40,862 nt of DNA from Deltaproteobacteria bacterium (GTDB lineage Bacteria; Bdellovibrionota; FAC87; UBA2466). Shown here piece after piece: positions 1 through 8,768 of the stretch. A model generated the notes under the pieces. That model was not told the DNA's origin and ran no database searches. It saw only the letters and a list, made by a program, of their open reading frames with translations. The stretch lies in assembly GCA_016875135.1 (NCBI GenBank), contig VGSE01000003.1:1-40862 (forward strand), written 5' to 3'. The position numbers were made by a program, and so were the translations under genes. Each line of letters begins with the position of its first letter. Position 1 is the first letter of the stretch.

Positions 1-1085
1 AGCTGCTGTTGACTGGGCGGTATGCTTACCGAGGGGCTAATCTGAGGCCCTTGCTCACTTCGGTCTGAGTTACCTCGAGAAACGTTAGGCCGCTGAGCTT
101 GACCTAACGCCTGTTGTAAAGCTTTAATTGCCTGGTCGCTCTCACGGTTTCTCTCATTAAACTGCCGTTTAAAAAGTTCTTCGTTTAGCTGTCGCTCTCT
201 CTCTCGATCGTCTTGTGCTCTTAGTAATAGATCCTCTAATTGATTAGTTCGAAAATCCCCAGGAACGATCGCATTTCCATTAGGAACCGTAGTAGGCGGA
301 ATAAATCCTCCGAGGGTTCCAGGCGTGGTAGGCGCACTGGGATCTACAACGGGAGGAGTTGGCCCCGTCGAATCTGTAGTGGCCTCTGCGTCAAGCTTGC
401 ACATTTTTGCGTCTTCTGAAGAATCTTTTATTGCCTTCCTAGCCGAATCACCGTTAACGCTCTCTTGATCAAACAAATTCTTATCCCAAGCATCGCCCTG
501 TAATAGATTAGCAATAGCCTCTAGCTGTTCAGAAACTTCCTTGTCGGCTTTTTCAAATTCGTTTTTGCTGTTTTCAAACCTAGTTGCTTTTTCCTTAAGG
601 CTCTTTTGAATTCGAACAACAAAAGTATTAATGCTCTTGTCAGTCAGAGTTCCTTTAGTTTCAAACTGCCCAATAACTTTCTGCTCAGAAAGGTGGGTTA
701 TAAATTCATTTAGGGTAGTCAAAAGAGCTAATGAGACCTTGTCATCAGTTGAACCCTCGCTACACTTTAACAACTTCTCAGCATATTTTTTTACCTCTTC
801 TAATTTCTTTTTAAGATCATTTATCTTTTCTGTAGTTAAAGTAATTTGACTTTGGGAGGCATCCTCGTCTTTCTTCAGAGTAAAAACAAAGGTGCCGTCT
901 TTTTTGTCACGTAAAACTTTGATTAACTCATCAAACTTTTCTGAAATCTTTGGTCTACCTGTCTCTCGACGGACGCTATTTCCCTGTGAATCATGTTCAC
1001 CAGGCCCTTCCGCATAGATTGCCTGGCTAGGCAGCAACGAACAGAGAAGTAAGAGCCCTGCCAATTTGATTTGATACCGTTTCAT
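1..1085 (-). CDS. Secreted hypothetical protein, 3' end off-window (at least 361 aa); absent from the supplied ORF track
   Basis: Hand translation from ATG 1085 is stop-free to base 1: MKRYQIKLAGLLLLCSLLPSQAIYAEGPG... Sec-type signal peptide, charged helical region, Pro/Thr linker (TGPTPPVVDPSAPTTPGT), then an E/R/Q-rich coiled-coil-like stretch. GCGGGG lies upstream of the ATG. Confidence 0.85.
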   Translation of the reverse strand, partial: MKRYQIKLAGLLLLCSLLPSQAIYAEGPGEHDSQGNSVRRETGRPKISEKFDELIKVLRDKKDGTFVFTLKKDEDASQSQITLTTEKINDLKKKLEEVKKYAEKLLKCSEGSTDDKVSLALLTTLNEFITHLSEQKVIGQFETKGTLTDKSINTFVVRIQKSLKEKATRFENSKNEFEKADKEVSEQLEAIANLLQGDAWDKNLFDQESVNGDSARKAIKDSSEDAKMCKLDAEATTDSTGPTPPVVDPSAPTTPGTLGGFIPPTTVPNGNAIVPGDFRTNQLEDLLLRAQDDRERERQLNEELFKRQFNERNRESDQAIKALQQALGQAQRPNVSRGNSDRSEQGPQISPSVSIPPSQQQ

Positions 1086-1190
1086 CTTCAACCCCGCTTT
1101 CACATTCACTTTAAACACATTGAGCGAAACCCTTAGGCTCCAACTCACTCCTCAACAAAATACACCTATAGAAATTGTATTTTGATAAAG

Positions 1191-1206
1191 TGCAATGGTC
1201 GTTCCA
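1191..1206 (-). promoter_or_regulatory. sigma54 (-24/-12) promoter
   Basis: Minus strand TGGAACG-ACCA-TTGCA versus consensus TGGCACG-N4-TTGCW, one mismatch with correct GG-N10-GC spacing, about 105 bp upstream of ATG 1085. Confidence 0.75.
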
Positions 1207-1763
1207 CTTACTTGATTAGGCTCGCCTGAAAGCACTAGGAATTGTATTCCTTAAGTTTATTACAAAAATGAATGTCGTTTTTTTTTACAGTTTCAAGTTT
1301 TCTTATAACTAGGTTGTTGAATTGTTTTGTAAAAACCCCTCTCTGAGCCTTACAAATCGCTCGTGTTAGAAAAGTAAACAACTCTAGTTCACACAAAAGA
1401 ATACAGTGTTTTGACTAATGATTTTAATAACTCGGCTATTGAAACAGAAGCAGCTTGGTAATCATCTTTAGTTCAAACCAACGCAAAACTTTTGGCAATT
1501 TTTTTAATACCCGCCCCCTTTGAGTAGGCTTTTTAAGAGGTTCAAACGGCCATGAAGTTGGTTTAAGACACCGAATTTGTTAGCCTTTTGACGATGATGT
1601 GACTTATCAAACGAAACTCCAAGAAAACTTATCAAATCTTTTAACCTTGGTCCTCTATAGGACTTTGCAATTTAAGAAAAAATTATAAAAGAAGGTTGCT
1701 TAACAAGTCATTTTATCACGTATTTTCAGTGGGTTGCGCCGGCGTACAGGGGATGTAATGTCA

Positions 1764-1792
1764 TTGACGCCTAAAACCCCCTGTGTCATAAG
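1764..1792 (+). promoter_or_regulatory. Candidate sigma70 promoter for ferredoxin
   Basis: TTGACG-17 bp-CATAAG with TGn extended -10, 24 bp before ATG 1817. Confidence 0.4.
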
Positions 1793-1816
1793 TAGTGCCT
1801 AATAATTAGGTTTTTT

Positions 1817-2047
1817 ATGGCTGATAAAGAAGATCGTTACGAAGACAATGTCCTCGGGAAGTGGTACGTAGATAAAAAATGTATCCTCTGTAGCGTCTGC
1901 TCCGAAGCAGCTCCTAATAACTTTAAAGAAGCTCCAAGTGCAGATCATGATTTCGTGTTTAAGCAGCCCGAGACCCCCGAAGAGATTACGCAATGTGAAG
2001 AGGCGATGGTGGCTTGCCCTGTAGAAGCTATCGGAAATGATGGCTGA
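1817..2047 (+). CDS. Single-cluster [4Fe-4S] ferredoxin
   Basis: CILCSVC plus distal CPVEAI; small acidic 76 aa protein. Confidence 0.9.
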   Translation: MADKEDRYEDNVLGKWYVDKKCILCSVCSEAAPNNFKEAPSADHDFVFKQPETPEEITQCEEAMVACPVEAIGNDG

Positions 2048-3170
2048 AGCACCCAAAATCCTTGTGGCCATGAACAGCTTCAAGGGCAGCCTCTCAAACC
2101 TAGAAGCCTGTCAAAGCGTCTCAAAATCCCTAACTGAACTAAAAATAACACACTCTATAGTCCCGGTGGGTGATGGTGGCAGCGGGACCGGAACAGCTCT
2201 GCAATCTACCTTGGGTGGCGAATTTGTCTCGATGGACTCAGCTGATCCCAAAGGCAGAGCCATCAAGGCCGCAGTTCTTTGCTTTCCCAATTCGATTAAT
2301 CCCCACTGCATTTACATCGATAGTAGCTCGGTTTGTGGATTCACCTTAATCCCCGACCCTGAGAAAAAGGCATTAGAAGCTTCAAGTCGTGGGCTAGGGC
2401 TTTTACTGCGCGAAGTGATTCAACGTTGGCGATCTTCTCTAAAAGACATTTGGATTGGCCTTGGAGATTCCGCCATTTCCGACATGGGAATCGGAATGCT
2501 CTCGGAACTTGGCGTGGCTTTTGTAGACTCTCAAAAAAAAGAGCTTTCTCCAACAACTGAAAACCTTTGTCTCATTTCAGATTTTTCCAAACCTAATATT
2601 AGTTTCGGAAACATCTCTCTGACTGTTTTATGTGACGTTTCAAATCCTGTCTGTGGGCCACAAGGAAGTGCCGTGACCTTTGCGCCACAAAAGGGAGCCT
2701 CAAAAGAAGAGGTCCTCTTAATTGCAAAAGGCATGGACAACTTTGCCTCGAGAATCGAACACAAGCTTCACCGATCGCTTAAATATATTCCCTTAACGGG
2801 ATCGGCAGGAGGTTTATCTGCTGCACTGCTGGCTTTTTTTAATGCAAATCTTGTCCCTGGGTGTCCCTTTCTTCTTAAACAAATTAACTTTGATAAAAAA
2901 CTTAACAATCACGATTTAGTTATCACCGGGGAAGGAAGAACCGATCTTCAAACCCTAAAAAGAAAAGCTCCAGCCGTAATTGCTCAGCATGCAAAGAGTC
3001 TCAATAAAAAATGCATCATCATTTCGGGCGCACTAGGGGAGGGGGCAAACCAAATTGCTGTTGAGCTGGAACTTTTTGGAATTCACGCATGCGGGAAAGA
3101 GCCGTCGGCGGCTGAAGCGTTGACGCAAAAAACCCTCGAGGTTTTTTCTTCATTAAAAGTTTCTAAATAA
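2037..3170 (+). CDS. Glycerate kinase family (GlxK/GarK-type) protein with divergent motifs
   Basis: SFKGSL, DGGSGT, CDVSNP, FAPQKGA, GSAGG and TGEGRTDLQT motifs. Overlaps the ferredoxin stop; start at 2037 or 2040. Confidence 0.8.
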   Translation: MMAEAPKILVAMNSFKGSLSNLEACQSVSKSLTELKITHSIVPVGDGGSGTGTALQSTLGGEFVSMDSADPKGRAIKAAVLCFPNSINPHCIYIDSSSVCGFTLIPDPEKKALEASSRGLGLLLREVIQRWRSSLKDIWIGLGDSAISDMGIGMLSELGVAFVDSQKKELSPTTENLCLISDFSKPNISFGNISLTVLCDVSNPVCGPQGSAVTFAPQKGASKEEVLLIAKGMDNFASRIEHKLHRSLKYIPLTGSAGGLSAALLAFFNANLVPGCPFLLKQINFDKKLNNHDLVITGEGRTDLQTLKRKAPAVIAQHAKSLNKKCIIISGALGEGANQIAVELELFGIHACGKEPSAAEALTQKTLEVFSSLKVSK

Positions 3171-3178
3171 AGATTAGA

Positions 3179-3538
3179 TTATTTATCCGTTCCTGTCTTC
3201 TTCTCGGAATTATCGCCAAGATCGGAGTACATGACAGATCTGACGGTCCATTCTTGGGTCCGCTGATCGAGTTCCGTAGGTTGAACCATGAAAATCGTCT
3301 CCCAAGGACAAATCTTTGCACAGGCTTCACAACCAATGCATCTGTCTTGATCCACTTCAACAACTCTCATGAAATCGGGATGCTCAACTCCAGGAACCTG
3401 CTCAATACAATCCACAGGACAAACAGGAATACAGGCATGACATCCGGTACACCCGCGCTGATCAATCACCGCATGAGAACGCGGTGGCTTTTTGCGGTCG
3501 GCTTTACCTTCTGCTGGATTTCCTTGTTTCTTTTCCAT
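3179..3538 (-). CDS. 2x[4Fe-4S] ferredoxin-type protein
   Basis: Two CxxCxxCxxxCP motifs: CTGCHACIPVCP and CIGCEACAKICP. Confidence 0.9.
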   Translation of the reverse strand: MEKKQGNPAEGKADRKKPPRSHAVIDQRGCTGCHACIPVCPVDCIEQVPGVEHPDFMRVVEVDQDRCIGCEACAKICPWETIFMVQPTELDQRTQEWTVRSVMYSDLGDNSEKKTGTDK

Positions 3539-3581
3539 ATCGTCGTTCTTATCTTATCAGACAGGCTGAAAGCAAGCTATC

Positions 3582-4364
3582 CTATAGCTTTTCCCACTCC
3601 ACCATTTGCCTGTCTAACTCCCTAATATCCCAACCATAAAACCCGCAGGGAGCCGACACCCAAAAGTTGGGTTCCTTCTCTAAAGATTTTGGCAAATTCG
3701 CGGTTCCCTTGGTTAAGCCCCCAAAAATGAGGGCCTTGTCCTTTTCCCGCATTAAATTTAGGTAAAATCGTTCTTCGTGCTCTCCCATAGCTTTTGAAGC
3801 AAAATCAAAAGCAAAAAAATCCAATACGCCTAGGTGATCTACAAAGGGTAGGGGGCGAAGGGTTGCGCAACTGTGGATTCCAATCCTCACATCAAAATCA
3901 ACATCCTTCACAGCCTGCAAAAATGCAGTATACCCCTCTACGATGTAAGGTTGTTCCTGTGTCCAAAATGGCTCATCTAACTGAAGCCAAAGCTCTCCCT
4001 TAAACGCCGCTTCGTTTAGTTGTTTTCTAAGTCCTTTCCAAAAATTAACCCAAAGAGGGGCTACTTCCAAAAACTTAGCACTTATTGATCTTGAAACTGT
4101 AAACGGACCCGCAATTTGTATTTTGAATCTAGGACTATCAACAAATTCATTTTGGAACATTTCAAGACAACTTGAAGCTTTTTCATCCCAGTATCCTAAA
4201 TCAAACCCTCGCAACACCTGTCCAATCATATCCTCTAAGGGATTCGAATCAGGTAACTGCGGAAGAAAGGGAAGGTGGGGCGAATGCTTTTTGACAAACT
4301 TTACGGCGTCAACGGGGTTTCGATGCGGAAGACTTCCCAAAAAATAAAACTTTCGCTTTTCCAT
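3582..4364 (-). CDS. Short MetE-fold (core methionine synthase-like) zinc protein
   Basis: GSLPH, FLPQLP, KIQIAGP, LQLDEP, GIHSC (H-x-C), FAFD and SAPCG occur in the order expected for the MetE catalytic barrel. Confidence 0.7.
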   Translation of the reverse strand: MEKRKFYFLGSLPHRNPVDAVKFVKKHSPHLPFLPQLPDSNPLEDMIGQVLRGFDLGYWDEKASSCLEMFQNEFVDSPRFKIQIAGPFTVSRSISAKFLEVAPLWVNFWKGLRKQLNEAAFKGELWLQLDEPFWTQEQPYIVEGYTAFLQAVKDVDFDVRIGIHSCATLRPLPFVDHLGVLDFFAFDFASKAMGEHEERFYLNLMREKDKALIFGGLTKGTANLPKSLEKEPNFWVSAPCGFYGWDIRELDRQMVEWEKL

Positions 4365-4367
4365 TTG

Positions 4368-5066
4368 TTAATCAACCAACTTTTTATTTATCTTTTTGGT
4401 TTCTTTTTTCTTAAGCGCCTTAGCAGCATCCTTCGAAACACGGTTAAACTGCTCAGAGAAGTGCTTTATAAAACTCTGCTTAACCTGCTCAACACTGGGA
4501 CATCCAGATCCTAATTCCTCTTTCATTGAGGTCATCACCGAAGCATTAAAACCACACGGATCAATGTTGGAAAACCCTGATAGGTCATTGCTCACGTTAA
4601 TGGCTGAACCATGAAAGGTAATCCACGAGGAAATCGCAATCCCGATGCTTGCGATTTTTTTGTTCTTTCCAGAAATCCAAACCCCAGTTGCACCTTCTCG
4701 TCTTTCGGCAGCTATTCCAAACTCTTTCAACAGTTGGATAATGGTTTCCTCAAGCCTTCGCAAATGCAGATGGGCATCCTTTTCTTTCGCTCGCAAAGTC
4801 AACAAGGGATAACACACCAACTGTCCAACGTTGTGAAATGTAGCCTCTCCGCCGCGCTCGATCGCAAAAGCATTTTTAAGTTTCCAAGGAATGAGTCCCT
4901 TGCTTTTTCGACCAAAGGTATAAACCTCAGGATGCTCAACGAGGATTAATCTATCGGGAAAATATTCGTTTTGCTTTTTCTGATGAACCACATCCAACTG
5001 CGAGTAGTAAGTGTCATTATAATCGCTAATCCCGCGGTCATCGATTTCAAAAAAAGCTATCGGCAC
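4368..5066 (-). CDS. lipB: Lipoyl(octanoyl) transferase
   Basis: EHPEVYTFG, RGGEATFH, GQLVCYP, KIASIG and IDPCG. GTG at 5066 with GAGGA upstream is preferred over the track's start at 5120, which overlaps lpdA. Confidence 0.95.
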   Translation of the reverse strand: MPIAFFEIDDRGISDYNDTYYSQLDVVHQKKQNEYFPDRLILVEHPEVYTFGRKSKGLIPWKLKNAFAIERGGEATFHNVGQLVCYPLLTLRAKEKDAHLHLRRLEETIIQLLKEFGIAAERREGATGVWISGKNKKIASIGIAISSWITFHGSAINVSNDLSGFSNIDPCGFNASVMTSMKEELGSGCPSVEQVKQSFIKHFSEQFNRVSKDAAKALKKKETKKINKKLVD

Positions 5067-5067
5067 T

Positions 5068-6492
5068 CTATCCTCGCTTCGGTTTGTAAATGTGAATGGC
5101 CTTGTAGAAGGCCGCTTCAACAGCTTCCGGCATCACCTCAGGCAGCGTGGGGTGCGTATGAATCGTCCTTACTAAATCCTCGACAGTGGCTCCCATTTCA
5201 ATGGCTAAAGCGGCTTCTGCGATCAAATTGGAAGCTTCAGGACCGACTATATGAACACCTAGGATGGCCTCCGTTTTTTCGTCGATAACAATCTTCGCCA
5301 TCCCCTCAGATTCGTTCATAGCAAGAGCCTTACCTGATGCCGCAAAAGGAAAACGCCCGACCTTAACTTTAAATCCTTTTTCAGTAGCCTCTTTTTCTGT
5401 CAATCCCGCCACTGCAATTTCAGGATCACAGAAAACTGCCCAAGGAACCGTTTTGTAATCTTTATAGGTCCGCTTTCCTGAAATAGTCTCTGCAACTAAA
5501 AGCCCGTCCATCGTCGCTCTATGCGCTAACTGAGGCGCTCCGGCCACATCACCAATTGCATAGATGTTAGATACGTTAGTCATACTCTGATTATTCGACA
5601 GAATATTTCCTCGTGGGTCCATCTTGATTCCAAGTTTCTCAAGGCCCATGTTGTCGGAGTTTGGACTTCTTCCCACGGAAACCAATATCACATCGGCCGA
5701 AACCGTCTGGGTTTTTTTGTCTTTGGTTTCAATCTCCAAATTAAGTTTTTTGGCTTTTAAAGGCTCTTTTTCTTTGATTCCGAGTGCTTTAGCCCCAGTG
5801 TGAACCGTGATACCAAAATGCTTCATCTTCTTTTGAACCAGCGCCACAAGCTCATTGTCGACAGTAGACAATAGCTGATCAAGGGCTTCAACAATAGTGA
5901 CTTTCGATCCAAGTTTCGCGTAAACCGTTCCAATTTCAATGCCAATAAAGCCACCACCCACCACCACCATCTCTTTGGGCACTTCTCTTAACGAGAGGGC
6001 TTCTGTAGAGCTCACAATGTTTTTCCCGTTGAAGGGAAGGATTGGAATCTGTGCAACTCGAGAGCCCGTTGCAATTACAAAACTTGTCGCAGTTATCGTC
6101 TCTTTTCCTGACTGACTTGCCACCTCTAGGGTTTTGCTATCCTTGAAAGTTGCAGTCCCTTTAATGATCTCAACACCATTAGCTTTCAACAGCCCCTGAA
6201 CTCCAGTCGTCAGTTTCTTAACCACCCCTTGCTTCCAGTCCTGCATTTTGGCCAGATCACAGTCGACGCCTTTGACGCTTATCCCAATCTCCTCCGCTTC
6301 ATTTTTCATCTTCCAGTACTGAGAACTGCCATAGATCAGAGCCTTTGAAGGAATGCATCCTACATTCAAACAAACCCCACCAAAGTTTTCTTTCTCTATG
6401 ATAGCGGTTTTTTTTCCTAATTGTGCAAGCCGAATAGCGGTCGGATAGCCTCCGGGGCCGGCACCAATCACAACAGCATCAAATGATTTCAT
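5068..6492 (-). CDS. lpdA: Dihydrolipoamide dehydrogenase (E3)
   Basis: GAGPGG, GGVCLNVGCIPSK redox disulfide, GGGFIG and HPTLPE. Confidence 0.97.
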   Translation of the reverse strand: MKSFDAVVIGAGPGGYPTAIRLAQLGKKTAIIEKENFGGVCLNVGCIPSKALIYGSSQYWKMKNEAEEIGISVKGVDCDLAKMQDWKQGVVKKLTTGVQGLLKANGVEIIKGTATFKDSKTLEVASQSGKETITATSFVIATGSRVAQIPILPFNGKNIVSSTEALSLREVPKEMVVVGGGFIGIEIGTVYAKLGSKVTIVEALDQLLSTVDNELVALVQKKMKHFGITVHTGAKALGIKEKEPLKAKKLNLEIETKDKKTQTVSADVILVSVGRSPNSDNMGLEKLGIKMDPRGNILSNNQSMTNVSNIYAIGDVAGAPQLAHRATMDGLLVAETISGKRTYKDYKTVPWAVFCDPEIAVAGLTEKEATEKGFKVKVGRFPFAASGKALAMNESEGMAKIVIDEKTEAILGVHIVGPEASNLIAEAALAIEMGATVEDLVRTIHTHPTLPEVMPEAVEAAFYKAIHIYKPKRG

Positions 6493-7772
6493 GCAAACAC
6501 CAATCTTGAGGGTTCAGATAAAAAGTAAATAAGCCGGTTCATAAACCTAGCAGCATCAGCACCATCCACAACCCTGTGGTCAACCGACATCGAAAGGAAC
6601 ATCACATCGCCAATCACAATCTGATCATCTTTCACAACCGGACGTTTTCTTATGGCATTGACCCCGAGAATGGCGACCTCCGGATGATTGATCACTGGCG
6701 TCGCCAAGACCCCTCCGATAGAGCCGGCGTTCGTCACAGTAAATGTTCCACCTTTCATGTCGTCGAGTGCAATCTTTCCAGTTCTTGCTTTTTCAGACAA
6801 CAACTGAATTTCTGTGGCCAACTCCCAAATGGTCTTCCGATCAGCTGCCTTAATGACTGGAACCATGAGCCCATTAGGCGTGTCGGTGGCGACACCGATG
6901 TTGTAATCACCTTTTAAAATAATCTCCTGCTTCTCGTCATCCAAGGAGGAATTGAGATAAGGAAATTCCATTAGGGCTGGAATTAAGGCCTTAATGATGA
7001 AAGGCAAGTAAGTTAATTTAACGCCTCTTTTTTCTGCTTCCTCTTTGGCTGCGGCTCTTAACTTAACCACCGCTGACATGTCCACTTCTTCGACGTAAGT
7101 AAAATGCGCTGCCGTATGTTTGGAATAGGACATCGACTCTGCAATTTTCTTTCTTACCCCTTTTAAAGGAACTACTTGTAAAGCGCCCCTTGCCACGGCC
7201 GGCACGTTCGCTCTCTGAGCCACCGGAGCTGCAGTGACCGCCACCGAAGTATGAGATGTTCTTGGCGTCGCAGCTTGATGCCCTTCATACGCCAACTGCA
7301 CATCCATTTTAGTGACTCGCCCTTGAAGTCCTGTGCCTTTTACAGTTTTAAGATCAACACCCAAATCTCTCGCAAGTTTCCGTGTCGCTGGCGTAGCAAG
7401 GATATGGTAGGGTAGGGGCTCTTCACTTGCCACCACAGCTTCAACTATTCTTTCTGAAGACTTTGCCGAAATTGAAGCAGGTGGAACGCTGGCAATTTTG
7501 GGCTCTGTTTTTTGTGCAGGTTTAGAAGCCGCTGCCTTCCCAGCTTCTGCGATCCGAATAATCACTTTCCCCACTTCAATTGTTTGTCCTTCGTTAGCTA
7601 AAAGCTCTGAAACGGTTCCAGCCACTGGCGAAGGGATTTCCACAGTCGCTTTATCGGTCATCACCTCTACCATGGGTTGATCGGCTTCAAGAGCCTCGCC
7701 GGTTTTCACTAACCACTTAACAATTTCACCTTCGTGAACACCTTCACCGATATCTGGTAATTTAAAGTCCAT
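6489..7772 (-). CDS. 2-oxoacid dehydrogenase E2 dihydrolipoamide acyltransferase
   Basis: One lipoyl domain (TDKAT), subunit-binding domain (ATPATRKLAR...GRVTKMDV) and catalytic DHRVVDG. Confidence 0.95.
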   Translation of the reverse strand: MDFKLPDIGEGVHEGEIVKWLVKTGEALEADQPMVEVMTDKATVEIPSPVAGTVSELLANEGQTIEVGKVIIRIAEAGKAAASKPAQKTEPKIASVPPASISAKSSERIVEAVVASEEPLPYHILATPATRKLARDLGVDLKTVKGTGLQGRVTKMDVQLAYEGHQAATPRTSHTSVAVTAAPVAQRANVPAVARGALQVVPLKGVRKKIAESMSYSKHTAAHFTYVEEVDMSAVVKLRAAAKEEAEKRGVKLTYLPFIIKALIPALMEFPYLNSSLDDEKQEIILKGDYNIGVATDTPNGLMVPVIKAADRKTIWELATEIQLLSEKARTGKIALDDMKGGTFTVTNAGSIGGVLATPVINHPEVAILGVNAIRKRPVVKDDQIVIGDVMFLSMSVDHRVVDGADAARFMNRLIYFLSEPSRLVFA

Positions 7773-7784
7773 GTTGTTTTCCCT

Positions 7785-8759
7785 CTAAAAATTTTTTACT
7801 TTACCCACAGCCAAAGCAACTCGCTCCGGATCTGGCATATAAATGTGCTCCAATGTGTAGGGGAACGGAGTGTCTAGTCCAGTCACCCTTACAATTGGGG
7901 CTTCAAGATACAAAATCGCTTCTTCGTTAATAAGCGCAGATAGTTCAGCGCCAAACCCACAGGTTTTAGGCGCTTCGTGCACAATCACAACTCGGCCGGT
8001 TTTTTTCACAGATTCTAAAATGGTCTCTTCATCTAAAGGAACTAATGTTCTTAGATCAATGACTTCGCAGTCCGCACCTCGAGGCTCGCACAACTCAGCG
8101 GCCTTCATGCAGACAGGAACCATAGCCCCCCAGCATAAAATCGTAATGTCTTTCCCCGGTCGAACCACGGAGGCCTTGCCCAATTCAACGGTATAACTTT
8201 CCTCAGGAACCTCTCCTTTGATCGAACGATAAATTCTCTTGGGCTCCAAGAACATCACAGGATCTTCATCTCTGATGGAGCTAATCAAAAGCCCTTTGGT
8301 ATCGTAGGGATTTGATGGAACAACCACTTTGAGTCCTGGCGTGTGAATAAAATAGGCCTCTGAACTTTGAGAGTGATAGTGTCCGCCTCGAATTCCTCCA
8401 CCGTAAGGAGTTCGAATCACCATAGGGCAGGTGAATCCCCCTCCGCTACGGTACCTTATTTTTGCAACTTCGCTCACGATCTCATCGAATGCAGGATAAA
8501 TGAAATCCATAAATTGAATTTCAGGTACGGGCCTTAATCCATTAACAGCCATTCCCATGGCCATTCCGATGATTCCACTTTCATTAAGTGGCGTATCCAT
8601 GACTCTCTCTTCGCCAAATTCTTTTTGAAGCCCTTCAGTAGCTCTAAAAACGCCACCGTTTACGCCCACGTCTTCACCCATTAGAACAACTCTTGAATCG
8701 TGAGTCATCTCACACATCAACGCATCTCGAACCGCTTGTACCAAAGTTAAATTCGCCAT
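7785..8759 (-). CDS. 2-oxoacid dehydrogenase E1 beta subunit, probably branched-chain type
   Basis: GEDVGVNGGVFRAT, DTPLNE, EIQFMDF. GGHYHSQS is closer to branched-chain enzymes than to the Bacillus PdhB ELHSDS. Confidence 0.93.
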   Translation of the reverse strand: MANLTLVQAVRDALMCEMTHDSRVVLMGEDVGVNGGVFRATEGLQKEFGEERVMDTPLNESGIIGMAMGMAVNGLRPVPEIQFMDFIYPAFDEIVSEVAKIRYRSGGGFTCPMVIRTPYGGGIRGGHYHSQSSEAYFIHTPGLKVVVPSNPYDTKGLLISSIRDEDPVMFLEPKRIYRSIKGEVPEESYTVELGKASVVRPGKDITILCWGAMVPVCMKAAELCEPRGADCEVIDLRTLVPLDEETILESVKKTGRVVIVHEAPKTCGFGAELSALINEEAILYLEAPIVRVTGLDTPFPYTLEHIYMPDPERVALAVGKVKNF

Positions 8760-8768
8760 AAATTCCTC

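Noticed and set aside
631-849. 72 aa plus-strand ORF
   Set aside because: Antisense shadow of the longer minus-strand gene at 1..1085.
1340-1750. Possible gene remnant or RNA gene in the long intergenic region
   Set aside because: No ORF of 60 aa or more in the track and no tRNA or riboswitch pattern I can recognise; a covariance-model search is needed.
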